Assembly: GCF_009914755.1 (NCBI RefSeq)
Contig: NC_060928.1
Strand: one strand, 5' to 3'
Source of the DNA: the human T2T-CHM13v2.0 reference genome, Homo sapiens
Length of the DNA stretch: 64,000 bases
The notes beneath the pieces are model-generated. The model saw only the letters and a program-made list of their open reading frames with translations, searched no databases and was not told where the DNA came from. Position 1 is the stretch's first letter; each line of letters starts with the position of its first letter. A program made the position numbers and the translations under genes. Of the stretch, positions 14,922 through 28,940 are shown in pieces.

Positions 14922-15315
14922 AGCTGAAACGTGTCTTCCCAAAATTTTTACGATGAACTTAACCCTAACCCTCAGTACCTCAAAATGTGACTATATTTGC
15001 AGATCAGGCATTTAAAATGGTAATTAAGTTAAAATGGTGTTGTAAAGGAAGGCCCTAATCCAATATAAGTTCAAATTGAGATTCTTTTTATAAAAAGAGA
15101 AAAAGGACACAGATAACAATTTACAGAAAAACCATGTGAAGACACCAGAAAAAGATGACCATTGAAAGCCAAGAAGAGAGGTCTTAGAAGAAACCAATCA
15201 TGACCACACTTCGCTCTTGCGCTTCTAGCCTCCAGAATTGTGAGAAAATAAATTTATTTTGTTTATACCATCTACTCTGTGGTATTTGTTCAAGCAGCAC
15301 TAGCAAACTAATACA
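14915..15315 (+). mobile_element. MLT1B-like solo LTR
   Basis: 'tattatgagctgaa...cccaaaat' to 'gcagcactagcaaactaataca'; perfect 5-bp TSD caaac (14910-14914 and 15316-15320). Confidence 0.88.
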
Positions 15316-16256
15316 CAAACAAAGCTTCATTTTAGGACATAGCTCTACATTGGGTAAAGAAAAAAAGAAGCAAAGAAAAAGTAAGGGCCAAAAAAAGAGG
15401 GGTCTAGAAAAAAGAAGGGTTATAGAGCTAAGAAATTATAGAAAAGACAAGGGAAGAGTTTTAAACACTTCTAAAAAACAACCAGAGGAGGAACCTTAGT
15501 GTTATAAATTAGAAAAGCTCTTCTGACCTACCTTTTCCTTCTCACGGTTCAAATTTGGTATCATAATGACCAAAAAAAACCAGACTGTTACAGAAACCTA
15601 CACAAAGATATTATGAAACAAAAGAAAACAAGATGCAGAAAAGCATCCCTACAGACAAAGATAGCCTTCTAGGAAAGACATAATTATAAAAACAATTTAA
15701 AACTGTACCTCAGTATATGTCTGGGTTTGATTAAAAAAATAGCTACTAAAGGTACTACAGAAACGTAACGCTTAACATAGAAATTAGAGCTTATATCAAT
15801 GTGGGAAAGTCTAGACAGTGTACATTTAGAAGAAGACTCCAGTCAGTGAACTGGAGAAATAGTAACTAACAACTTCAGCCTGAAACCCTGGAGTTGGTGA
15901 AGATACCAGAACTCAGAACAGTGAGAACAAGAATTTAAAAGTGAGAGACTGTTGGGTCCAGCTGCCACAACCATAAAATAGTATGTGAAAAGATCTCTAA
16001 TGCCACTGCAACTGGGCATCATGACATCCCCAGAATAACAAATTCTATTTTACTTCCACTTTCTAAATATCACGTGTTACCATAGTCAAACTCTTACCTA
16101 AAGACAAAGAGAAAATAGAATTGTGAAAAATGTATTTTCCAACCTAGTAGAAAATATTGGTGATATTCAATTGACCACATTAAATCCAGGATACCTAGTG
16201 TTTCAAAGCAAGCTAAAGATGAAGAAAATAGCATAATATATAAATGAACAATATAC

Positions 16257-16491
16257 CATTGGCCACTGAATAACATGCGTTTGAACTGCACAGGTTCATA
16301 TATACACAGATTTTTTTCAACCAAACACAAATTGAAAATACTATTCATGGATGTGAATTCCACAAATACAATGGGCCAGCATTTGTAAACATAGTTTCTG
16401 GAAGGTCAGTTGTGGGAATTGTGTATCCATGGACGTTGGTATACGCAGGAGGCCCTGGAACCAATCCCCCATGCATATTGTGGTACAACTG
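16257..16491 (+). mobile_element. MER8-like Tigger (TcMar) DNA-transposon MITE
   Basis: 'gtttgaactgcacaggt...gatttttttcaaccaaac...cctggaaccaatcccc...caactg' with TA flanks. Confidence 0.8.
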
Positions 16492-17398
16492 TAAATCAAA
16501 ATTAGCAAAACTCACAAACAACTTGAGAAAACTCAAGAAAAATACAAAGATAAAAACTATTTAAGAAGAGAAGAATAAACTTAAAGAAACACAAAGATAA
16601 ATAAAAGTCATAAAATGTTCTAAGATTAAAGTGAGGTCAATTTTTCACAATTAAAAAGAAATGACCAAGTGTTCAAGGTGAAATGACAAAAATATGCAAT
16701 AGGCAAAGATCAAAGTGTATGTATAAAATAAATAATCAAAGCAGTGGAATAGAATACATACTAATACTTATAATTCAACAAAATCTTCTTGAGGAAAAAA
16801 ATTTATAGCTACATATGTAAAGAGCATAGTACTCATCTGGGAAAATCTTCCTAGAGTGGCAAAATCGAAGTGTATTCTAGTAGAATTACTGAACTTTATA
16901 GAAAAAAATAATTTAGGCATCGAGGCAAAAAAGACTAAATCAATTAAAAGGGAAAAAATAAAACATTTATTTGACTTTTCAACAGTAATGCTTTATGCCA
17001 GTAGAAAACAGACTAACTAACATATTTAAGATAGTCAAGAAAAGAAAACAGGAACCAAAGATTTTAAATGCAGCCAATATTATTTTAAAGTAAAAAGGCA
17101 ATAAAATGTGTTGTCAACATGCAAAATCTAAGGGAACAAAATTCCTGTGAGCACTTTCAAAGAAATCTACTGAAGAACAAGCTTCAAAAAGCCAAAATGA
17201 ATGGAGATATATCCACTTATGACTAAATGGAAACCTGTAAACGTATGTTTCTGGAAGAACTCAAACTAAAGAATAATTTTAAGGAAAAGACTATGCCTTC
17301 TTTTTTCTACTCTTCACGTCAAACTATTAAACAAGTACTATCAATCTGCTTTTTAGGTAATTACTTTCCTTCTCTTTCATATCAACTAATTTGGTTAT

Positions 17399-19815
17399 TG
17401 ATATGGTTTGGATCTGTGTCACTGCCCAAATGTCATGTCAAATTATAGTCCCCAGTATTGGACGTGGGGTCTGGTGGAAGGTGATTGAATCATGTCAGTG
17501 GTTGCTCGTGAACGCTTTAGCGCCATCCCCTCAGTGCTGTTCTGGTGATAGTAAGTTATAATGAGATAAGATTGTTTAAAAGTGTGCAGCACCTTTCTGT
17601 TCTCTCCCTTGCTCCTGCTACACCACATAAGGTAAGCCAGCTGCTCCCCCTTTGCCTTCCACCAGGATCGTAAGTTTCCTGAGGCCTCCGCAGGAGCAGA
17701 AGTCACTAGGATTCCTGTACAGCCTGTGGAACTGTGAGCCAATTAAGCCTCTTTTCTTTATAAACTACTCAGTTTCAGGTATTTCTTCATAGCAATGCAA
17801 GAACAGACCAATACAGAAAATTGGAACCAGAAGTGGGGTATTAATATAAAGATACCTGAAAATGTGGAAGCAACTTTGGAACTGGGTAATGAGCAGAGGT
17901 TGGAAGAGTGTGAAGGGCTCACAAGGAGACAGGAAGATGAGGGAAATTTTAGAAATTACTAGAGACTGGTTCAATGGTTATGACCAAAATGCTGGTAGTG
18001 AAATGAACAGTGAAGGTCAGGTTGACAAGATCTCAGATGGAGATGAGGAACTTATTGGGAACTGGAGTAACAATCACTTTCGTTATGCCTTAGAAAAGAA
18101 CTTGGTTTCATTGTGCCTCTTCCCTAGGGATCTATAGAAGTTTGAACACAACAGTGATGATTTAGGGTATCTAACAGAAGAAATTTCTAAGCAACAAAGT
18201 ATTCAAGATGTGGCCTGTCTGCTTCTAAAAACCTATACTCATATACATGAGGAAATCAATGACCTAAAGTTGGAACTTATATTTAAAGGAAAAGCAGAGC
18301 TTAAAAGTTAGAAAAATTTGTAGCCTGCTCATGTGGTAAGAAAAGAAAAGTTTATTTTCTGGGGAAAAAATTAAGCAGGCTGCAGAATTTGCATAACCGA
18401 AAAGGATCCAAGTACTAATAGTAAAGACAATGAAAATAAGACTTCTAAGGAATTTCAGAGACATTTGGGGCAGCCCATCCCATCACAGGACCAGAAGCCT
18501 AGGAGAACAGAATGGTTTTGTGAGCCAGGCCCAAGGGCCCACTGCCCTGTGCAGCCTTGGGAAACTGCTCCCTGCATCCCAGCCACTCCAGCCTCAGTCA
18601 TGGCTCAAAAGTGTTCAGGTACAGCTCAGGCCACTGCTTCAGAGGATTTAAGTCATAAGCCTTAGCAGCTTCCACATGGTATTAAGCCTGTGGGTGCACA
18701 GAGTGCAAGAGTTGAGTCATGGGCACCTCCACCTAGATTTCAGAGAATATATGGAAAAGCCCTGGTGTCCAGTCAGAAGCCTGCTGCAGGGGCAGAGCCT
18801 CAAAGGGAACCCCTACTAGGGCAGTGCAGAGGGAAAAAGTGGGGTTGGAGACCCCAAACACAGGTTCCACTGGGGCACTGCTTAGGCGAGCTGTGATAAG
18901 AGGGCCACCATCCTCCAGACCCCAGAATGGTAGATCCACCGACAGCTTGTACCCTCAGCCTGGAAAAGCTATTGGTACTCAATGCCAGCCCTTGAGAGCA
19001 GCCATGGGGGCTGAGCCCTTCAGAGCCAAAGGGGTGGAGCTGCCCAAGACCTTGGGAGCAGACCCCTTGCACCAGTGTGCTCTGGAGGTGAGGCATAGAG
19101 TCAAGAGAGATTATACTGGAGCTTTAAGATTCAGTGACTGTCCTGCTGGGTTTCAGATTTGTACAGGGCCTGTAGCACCTTTCTTTTGGCTGATTTCTCC
19201 CTTTTAGAACAAAAGGAGATTTAGAACAAAATTGTATCTTGGAAGTAACTAGTTTTTGATTTTACAGGCTCACAGGCAGAACACACTGCCTTGTCTCATA
19301 TAAGACTTTGGACTGTGTACTTTTGAGTCAATGCTGAAATGATTTAAGACTTTGGGAAACTGTTAAGAAGAGATTATTGTACATTGCAATGTGAGAAGAA
19401 CATGAGACTTGGGAGGGGACAGAGGTGGAATAAAATGCTTTGGATTTTTGTCCCTGCCCAAATATCATGTCAAATTGCAACCCCCAGTGTTGAAGGTGGG
19501 GCCTGGTAGGAGGTGACTGGATCATTGGGACACATTTCCCATTTTGGTACTATTCTGATGATAAAGTTCTCACAAGTTACAGTTATTTAAAAGTGTATGG
19601 CACCTCCCTCCACTCCTTCCTCCTTCTTCAGCCATGTAAGATGAGCCTGCTTCCCCTTCACCTTCAGCCATTGTAAGTTTCCTGAGGCCTCCACAGAAGC
19701 TAGCATCATGCTTCCTGTACAGCCTGCAGAACTGTGAGCCCATTAATACTGTTTTCTTTATAAATTATCCAGTGTCAGGTATTTCTTTATAGCAATGCCA
19801 GAACAAACTAATACA
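17399..19815 (+). mobile_element. Full-structure MSTA-like MaLR element (LTR 17399-17815, internal region, LTR 19431-19815)
   Basis: LTR starts 'tgatatggtttggatctgtgtc'; both LTRs end 'aataca'; internal remnant ORF 'WKQLWNWVMSRGW'. Confidence 0.93.
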
Positions 19816-20548
19816 CACCTATTATCAAAAAGGCAAAAGACACTAAGTGTTTGCAAGCATACAGAGAAAAGGGAAACCTAGCACACTGTTGGTGGGGATG
19901 TAAATTAGTATAGCAATTATGGAAAACAGTAAAGAGGTTTCTCAAAAAATTAAACCTAACATATGACTTATCAGTCCTACTGCTGTGTATATACCCAAAG
20001 GGAAGTAAATCAGTATGTTGATGAGATAACTATATTCCCATGTTTATTGCCACATTATTCACAGTAGTCAAGATATGGAATAAACCTAAGTATCTATCAG
20101 CAGATGAACAGATAAAGAAAGTGCGGTATATATACATAATGGAAAACTATTCAGCCATAAAAAGTAAACCCTTCTATTCACAGAAACATGGATGAATCTC
20201 AAAGACATTATGTTACACAAAATAAGCCAGGCAGAGAAATACAAATACTGCATGATCTCACTAATATGTGGAATTGAAAAAATTGATTTCATAGAAATAG
20301 AGAGTAGAACTGTGATTACTAATGGCTGGTAGTAAGGGAAAAAGTTTGGGGGAAAGAGAGTTTTGGGGAGGTGCTGGTCAAATGCTGCAAAATTTCATTC
20401 AGACAGTAGGAAAAGTCCAAAAGATCTATTGTATAACATGGTGACTATAGTTAATATATTATTCTTGAAAAATCCTAAGAGAGTGACATACAATATTTTC
20501 TCAGTACGAAAATGATAATAATGTGAGGTACTACACATTAGTTAGCTA
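19816..20548 (+). mobile_element. L1MA 3' fragment (host of the MST element)
   Basis: 'ctattatcaaaaaggcaaaag...cacactgttggtggggatgtaaattagta' through the L1MA 3'UTR. Confidence 0.85.
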
Positions 20549-21224
20549 CAGGATAGGAGTTTTGTTGTTTTATTCTTAAAAGTAGTTCAAGCAATGCTTG
20601 CCCTCCCTCAAAAAGAGTTGGAAGACAAAATTTTCAGAAATCTAATTAATTTGAAATACATTAGAAGATAAAAGGAAAATTAAAGACATAAGGAGCTATT
20701 AAAGGCAATCAGTTTTTCCAGATTGGTGGCATAATTCTCAAAAGAGTAATCTTTTTCTAGCTAACTTTTCTTCTAAGCTTCTCAAACCAAGAACTAGTCA
20801 CAGAGTTCCTGTGAGTTACCATGATAATCCTGAATGTTTCCCACAAAATAAAGAAATGTGGCAAAAATCAGGTCTACCAGGATTACCATAACAAGATCAC
20901 TAGGAGAGAGATTGATGGGTGAAGGTATCTTAAAAGGGCCTGTAAAAATGTTATCATATCTAAAAACTAAAAAACAAAATACAGCATTACCACTCACAAG
21001 ACTTGCCAACACCAAATTTAAAAAAATTTTTTTTAAATTATTTTGTAAAAGAGTGAAAAGCATGCTAGCAAAAGAACAAGTCCTTATGATTCTTTTGGAG
21101 GACAGAACTTCTAAATGTTGCATAAATTTTAAAAAATTATTTAATTATTATTTAAAAATCCAAATAGAAATGATAACATTAGCTTAAAAGGCAACCCACA
21201 TTTAATACAAAGTTAATAAAACTG

Positions 21225-21500
21225 AAGAGAAGTTGGTGACGGGGTACAAAAATGCAGCTAGACAGAAGGAATAAAGTCTAATATTCAATACTACAGTAAG
21301 GAATTATAGTTAATAATTTATTATATATTTCAAAAAACAGCTAAAAGAAGAGTTGGATTGTTCCACAAACAAAGAAAGGTAAATGTCTGAAGTGATAGCT
21401 ATCCCAGTTACCCTAATTTTATCATTATACACTATATAAAGGTATCAAAATAGCACATATGCCCCCAAAATATGTGCAACTACTACATATCAATTTTTGA
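21225..21500 (+). mobile_element. Short L1MA 3'-end fragment
   Basis: 'gggtacaaaaatgcagctagacagaaggaataa...ttaccctaattttatcattacac'. Confidence 0.75.
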
Positions 21501-22932
21501 GAGTGAAAAAACTTATGACAAGATATGAAATATACATCAGCACATGTACAAACTATATAAACAAATTAATATATAAAAACAAAATAATCAAAATTCACGT
21601 TTTTCATAGAAATAAGTCAGTACATAATACTGACTCTTGAAAAAAATTAAGAATTAGTATTATAGGCATATAATTTAGAAATATATTGGTAGGAGAACTG
21701 AAACCAAAAAGTGCTAGAAATAATTGTCTCTAAAAATTGAAAGTCAAGGGAGAACAGAACAGGGGTTGCCTGATTTTATAAAAAGCATTGTACAACTATT
21801 AGACATACTAAATTCTGTGCACGCATTACTTTGCTAGAGTAACTTTTAATAAGCAAAACCTACTTAAATGTCAAAAAAGTTATTACTTAATCTCACTTTG
21901 TGATCATTAAAAGTTTATCTGTATAAGAACATAAGTTCTTAAAAATAAGTAAATAAATAAATTGACTTTTATAAAAGAAAAATGTGAGAAACTCAATCAG
22001 CTGGAAGCTAAAAACACATGCCAAATTCTCACTGCTATAAAGGTTATGAGAGAACTTTGTGTAACAGACATTTTGAGAACAGTAATATCTCTCACTTTTC
22101 ATATATTCTCCTGAGTGCATGTTTAAGAAATAAAGCTTTATTTACCAAAGCAGGTAACTAAAAAAAAATGATATATCTAAATAGCAAGAACAATTGATAA
22201 ATAAATAGTATGTTGTTATTTTATGAAAATTATAAACGTATTGCTTTTTGGGGTCTTTTTAAATTTGCTTAGGTATTTCTTTCAGTCCTATCTGAAAGCC
22301 AAAAATATATCTTGCTCTTATTCATTTTCCTACAAGTAGAAAAAAAATCTTAAAGAAAATATAGAAAAATAATGTAAAACTTTGCATGCACTGCATTTCT
22401 AGTCTTGTTTTTTGAAGAAGAGGATGAATTTTCTGGATTGGAATTACCTAAATCTCTAAAGGAAGAATAAATTTAACTATAATACAGCAATATTTCATTT
22501 GAATGGAAAGAACAATAAATTTAATTACAAAAGCAGAAAAAATGCTTAAACTCCATGAAGTCAGAAACCATTATGTCTACCTTTTTCAGTAAATCAGCCA
22601 ATCCCCCATTGCTGGCTATCTGGTATGTAGTAGAGGTTTCCTCATCCTGAACTACCTTTCTATTCCCATGGTACCCCACTCCAGTGCTCCTCACTGCCAG
22701 AAGTCATCTGCATAACTTCCACTCAGGTATCTACTTTTCTCTAAAATTTTCTCTACCAACGTACTTATCACACCCTATTATAATCTTTGTGCAATAAAAT
22801 ATAGAGATATAATCATGGGTTTTAGAATCAGACAAAAGCAAGTTCAAGCTCTGACTTGGTCATTTACTCAGTGTAAAAATGTGGGCAAGTTACTCTTAGA
22901 ACAATAAGTCCATTTTTAAGAAGATGAAAAAA

Positions 22933-23631
22933 TGAGGCCAGATAAGTAAGGTCAGGAGTCCATACTGACTTGTCCCCTTGTGTGAAGCCCTGTGAGCTCC
23001 TTTCACATCACTTGCACTCTCATGCATCAGCACCTAATTCTTTTGCAAGATAAGCAGTCCTACAGAATAACAGTCTATTGCCAGATAGTTACAAGTTCCT
23101 AATACCCTATATGGCCCAGGAAAGAGAACAAAATGCCTTATTTATGTTATCACTTCCCTAATCTCCAGTCAATCAGTACCAAAGACCGCATAAGCTATCA
23201 GTTACAAATTCCTGTCTTGGAGGAGCTAGGGACTTCTCCTAGGTCCCACATGCACAGCTAAGCTTAAGGTTTAGCTTATAGTGACCTTTTCCTCATTTAA
23301 TAGTTTAAAAAACAACCTAGGTGGAAATTTCATATGCTAATGATACCTGTGATGTGTGTTAGGGCATGTAGATGCTGAGCACATGCACCAACCACAGGGC
23401 TGCCTTTGCATATTTGGTCTCACCAGTATTTTATGCATATGTATGTACAGCTCCCATAAAGAGAATCCCCCTAAGGCACTAGCGGCTGTCACCTGCTTTG
23501 CATAGCCCACTCTGCCTCTCAGAGTGTACTTTCACTCTCCAATAAACTTCTTTGCCTACTTCTACTTTGGACTCACTCTCAAATTCTTTTGTACAGCAAA
23601 ATCAAGAACCAGAACCAATCCAAAAACAACA
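22933..23631 (+). mobile_element. ERV1-class (MER4-group-like) solo LTR inside a MIR remnant
   Basis: TG...CA termini, ~700 bp, TATA-like 'cataaaa' near 23455, AATAAA at 23541, U5-like 'ctctcaaattctttt'; exact family not determined. Confidence 0.75.
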
Positions 23632-26600
23632 GAAAGGGATGAGTATTCAACAGAGAATTAAATTAAAAAGATAACTGGTGGAAAGATCAAATTATTCATG
23701 TCTGAAAGTCCACAACCTTACCCTTCTCCTTTGACCATAACATTCAGATACCACCTGCTTAGCTTCTTCCAGTTAGGGAGGGAAACTAACTACATTCCTC
23801 ATTAGGTTCCTCATAGCAGGGGTACTGCATGGCCTATATCCTAAGTGCTATACGGAGGGTGTTGGTGAAAGAGAGAATTCTTCTGGGAGTAGGAGGATGA
23901 GTGGGATTATATAAAGAATTATAATGGACTATTCATTTGGAACCACAAAAAAAAGATCCCAAAAAAGGATCAAAATGATATTTTTGGACTGAAGCACTTT
24001 GACTAAAACATGACTCACACTGAAACATTTGGTAATCAAATATAGATTTCATTAAATATAGAAATACAAAATACAGTGGCTTAAGTAAAATAGAAGTTTA
24101 TTTCTCTTTCGTTTAAAATAATTCCAGGGGTAGGAAATTCAGGGCTGATATAACACTCCTAGAAGTTGTAAGGGATTTAAGCTCTTCCAACTCACTGCTT
24201 TGCAGTCCCTAGATGAGGCCCTTGTCCTCATTGTCTAAACAATGGAAAAGAAAAATCATCCCCTCAATTTTCAAGAAATTTCTCAGAGTAAAAAAACTTA
24301 CTGCTGTCAGGAAAATGTAAGGAAGGAGACTATTTTACTAAAGAGAAAATCAGATTCAGAGTTAGGAAGTAAATTAAATTACCTTTCATCGGCCAAAACT
24401 TAGTCTACAACTACATGTAGTTACAAATGGTACATTATTATAACAGAAGATTCAGAGGTTCTGCCAATAAGAAGAAAGGAAAGAATGGATGTTGAGGGAG
24501 ACAGGTGGCAATCTCTAGACACCTGTGTTACATTTGTCTGAGTCCCCTAAAATCTATTATTTATAAATTTGGAAAGCAAAGATAATGGACCCTAGTATCA
24601 GGAACAGAAAGGGTAAAAGTCGATGGGGTATGAAACAGAATGTAAGAGAGGAAAATTAAAATATGTTTTCTTCCGTGCCAATAACAACAAAGTAGCTATT
24701 CAATTATATAGAGTATAAAGGTCTATGTGTTTAGAAACAAAAGTATAAGGTACTTTGCAGAAATCTAGATGTATAAAAGTTTGGCCTTATGTAACTATGA
24801 AAGATGAACCATATTCTAGATTTGTGGTAGGAATGAATCCAGTTCTAAATATGAATTCACTTTTGAAATCCATTTTTCACATGCCTTTTTTGTAATACAG
24901 GTGACTCATGAATAACTTTAATATTTATTTATACATCACCTTATATCAAATGAAATTTAAGGTGTTAAATTCCTACATTAAAATATTACAATTTTCCTCA
25001 CAACATTCATCTACGAAAAAATACAATGTAGTACAATTTCCCATTGTAACTACTCTGAATATAGGTTATTCAAACAAAAGCAACTGCTTCTGCCTCCTCG
25101 TTTCAAAAATAGAAGAAAATTTCCTTTCTAAGATAAGAAATTCCTTCTGTCTACTTTGGCTGTAACTTTGTCTTCTAGCAACTCCCATTTCTTATGATCA
25201 TTTCTGATGGGTTCAACTTTTCTCTCCTCAGTTCATTTATCTCAGGATTCCCAATTAACTGCTCTACTCAATCTTAACCATGCTCTTCAGCTGTCAGCTT
25301 ATTTTAATATTGAGCATATTCAAATGCTCAATATGATCTTCAGTTGTCACTGTCCCTACTAGTTTACGTGTCTAAATTGAAATCTTCCTTGATCTAAATT
25401 TATGTCAGTTCAGGAAGCTTGCACAAATTTCCAAATGCTGGTATCCTAATTCAGAGACTGGGGTCTCAACAATAGCTGTCAGCCTAAGGCTAGCAAGCAA
25501 AAGCAGCTGAGAGAAAGAGTAAGAAATGGATTTCTAAATTTGTTTTAAAAATTATTCAAGTGACAGTGCAAAGAAAAATACTTAAAAATTAGCAAGAATA
25601 TTTGATCTATCACTTGCAGTCTCAATTTGATGATTTTCAACCACTCTCTAAAGTTTTTAAATAAATATGACCAAATGTTAAATAAAATCACACAGCTCAA
25701 ACAGAACATAAGAATACTGTGTTTATTTCAAGAATCACAATAATTGTGGGCTCAAGGTATAACCCAGAAAGAAAATTCAATCTAGATATAGGGCCAAGCA
25801 ATTGCAATAAAGTATGATAGTGATGACACGGTAATAATAATAATAGAAGAAATCTACCATTGTGCCAGTAAAATGTAAAAACAGGGCTTGTTGCTAAGAT
25901 ATTACCTTTGAACTGCCTAATCTACACCTAAAACATGACAAAGGAAACAAAAAGGCAATCTCTGTCTATAACGTAAAGAGTAAGAAATTATAAATCAACA
26001 CTGATATCACATAAACTTTCAAGAGATATAGTCTAATTTATTGCAAAGTATCTCCTATGCAACTGAAAAAAGCATGGAGGATGTATGTCGATTCTGTATA
26101 CACTCCATTAATTAGCCAATACAAAATAAGTCCTTTTATAAAGTCATAATTATTCCTTCTGAAATATGGCTTGACATGTACTTATCTCATAGCAATGGTT
26201 TGCATGATTCCCTTTTTTTTCCAATTTTGCTAACAAATTGAACTTAATAGCTACCAGAATTTTTAATAAATCCTAGACCTAGATTTTACATGCTGGCATA
26301 AGAATTCTGTAGTGATGCTTTCTTTCCTAAGTTCTTCTAATAAAATCCCCTTCCCTTGTCTATCAGTGAGATTTCTTCTGGTTGCATAAAACAGACAAAG
26401 AAACAAATGGACTTAAATAATACAGTAAGTTACGGGCTCATGTTACTGAAAAACCTAGAGCAATGGCTCTCAATCCTGTCTGCGGGAATCACTTGGAGAG
26501 GTTTATAAAATAATTCCCTTGCCCATATCCCAAGGCATCCTCCCCAGAAATTATTTAAGTGGTCTTGGGTACTTTAAAATATAATTTCACAAGTTCCCAG

Positions 26601-27574
26601 ATAACATCAAGTGTGAACACAAGGCTAAACATCCCTGCTTTAGAAGAAAGTAAAGAGGCTTCAGGTGTGACTTTAAAAGTTTTTCAATTCCATTTTTCTC
26701 TGAGTCTGTAAGCCCAATTTCCTTCCAAGTGTCATCTCCTGCAGGAAGGCTTTCCTCATGATAGTATAATGGCTGCAGCCTTATATCCATATGTTACACA
26801 ATTCAGAAAAAGATCAAGCTTTTTCTCCAAACATAGAACACAATCTGGGGTTATTCTCTGGGCCACCATAGCTCCTATTCCACCTGAACTCATCACTGTG
26901 GCAAGAGAGACAGAATTATGGTAATCATCATAACTAACCCAAATGAAGAAACATAGAATTAATATAAAATTTTGTGTCTAGAAGGAATGAAACCTATTAC
27001 ATACAAACTGAAGCAAACATGTCAACTACCACTTAAGGATGCCTATATAACTTAGAACACAAATGGAAAATAAGAGAAAAACCCCAAGTAAACAGTGTCA
27101 AAAGTAAACAAGTGCAGTTGCTGCAGATGTTTAATTTGCAAAAAGCACTACATAAGTAGGTAAGGATGACAGAAAATTTAAAAAATTAAACCTGTGAGAG
27201 ATATGGCTAAAAAAATCTATGTTACTAATCTATTCTTAAGTTATAATGGATGGTTGCCGAATTTAAATACACCCATCACTATCTATTTATTCCTACATAA
27301 AAGTAATGATTAATTTAATTGAGAGTTGAATTATGGGACATCTTTATGAATGCAAATTTCACATCAAATAAATATTTTTATATTTTGTAAAAATTAAATG
27401 TTAATGAAAATGGTTTATAGCATAAAATGTTTATGATATAGTCTTATTAAAGAAAAACTACAAAAAAAGATATTTTCACAGTATTACAATGAAAGAAAAA
27501 TTCACTAAAACATTAACAGTTGCTACTATTAGTTGGGAAGACTATATAAACTTATCTTTTTCCTTCTGCTTTTC

Positions 27575-28940
27575 TTTATTTAACTTTTATTTTAAGTTCT
27601 GGGTACATGTGCAGGATTGTTATATAGGTAAAGCTGTGTCATGAGGGTTTGTTGCACAAATTATTTCATCACCCAGGTATTAAGCCTAGTACCTATTAGT
27701 TATTATTCCTGATCCTCTCCCTCCTCCCACCCTCCACCTTTCAATAAGCCCCAGTGTGTGTTGTTCACCTCTATGTGTCCATGTGTTCTCATCATTTAGC
27801 TCCCACTTACGAGTGAAAATATGCAGTATTTGGTTTTCTGTTCCTGCAATAGTTTGCTAAGAATAATGGCCTCCAGCTCCATCCATGTTCCTACAAAGGA
27901 CATGATCTCATTCTTTTTTATAATTGCATAGTATTCCATGGTATATACGTACCCCATTTTTTATCCAGTCTATCACTGATGGACATTTAGGATGATTCCA
28001 TGTCTTTGCTATTGTGAATAGTGCTGCAATGAACATATGCATACATGTGTCTTTATAACAGAATGATTTATATTCCTTTGGATATATACCCAGTAATGGG
28101 ATCGCTGAGTTGAATGGTATTTCTGTTTTTAGGTCTTTGAAAAATCACCACCCTGTCTTCCACAATAGTTGAACTAATTTACACTCCCACTAACAGTGTG
28201 TTAGCATTCTTTTTTCTCTGCAACCTTGTCAGCATCTGTTATTTTTTGACTTTTTAATAACAGCCATTCTGACTGGTGTGATATGGTATCTCACTGTGGT
28301 TTCAAGTTACATTTCTCTAATGATCACTGATGTTGAGCTCTGTTTCATGTGATTGCTAGCTGCATGTATGTCTTCTTTTGAAAAGTGTGTGTTCACATCC
28401 TTTGTCTATTTTTTAATGGGGTTTTGTTTTTCTCTTGTAAATTTGTTTAAGATCCTTATAGATGCTGGATATTAGACCTTTGTCAGGTGCATAGTTTACA
28501 AAAATTTCCTCCCATTCTGTAGGTTGTCTGTTCACTCTGTTGATAGCCTCCTTTGCCATGCAGAAGCTCTTAAGTATAATTAGATCCCTCTTGTCAATTT
28601 TTGCTTTTGTGTAATTGCTTTCAGTATCTTTGTCATGAAATCTTTGCCCACTCCTATTCCAGAATAGTATTGTCCAGGTTGTCTTCAAGGTTTTTTATAG
28701 TCTTGGGTTTTACATTTAAGTCTTTAATCCATCCTGAGTTAAATTTTGATTATGGCGTAAGGAAGAAGTCCAGATTCAATCTTCGGCATATGGCTAGCCA
28801 GTTATCTCAGCAGCATTTATTGAATAGTGACTCCTGTCTCCATTGCTTGATTTTGTCAGCTTTGTCAAAGATCAGATGGTTGTAGGTATCCAGACTTCTT
28901 TCTGGACTCTCTAGTTGTTCCATTGGAATATGTGTCTGCT
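27575..28940 (-). mobile_element. 5'-truncated L1PA13-16-like element
   Basis: Antisense 3'UTR 'ttatttcatcacccaggtattaagcctagtacc'; ORF2 C-terminal remnants such as [15 protein letters not shown]. Confidence 0.9.

Noticed and set aside
20794-21187. Two overlapping 109-aa ORFs on opposite strands
   Set aside because: No recognisable domain or splice signals; composition fits chance ORFs in AT-rich DNA
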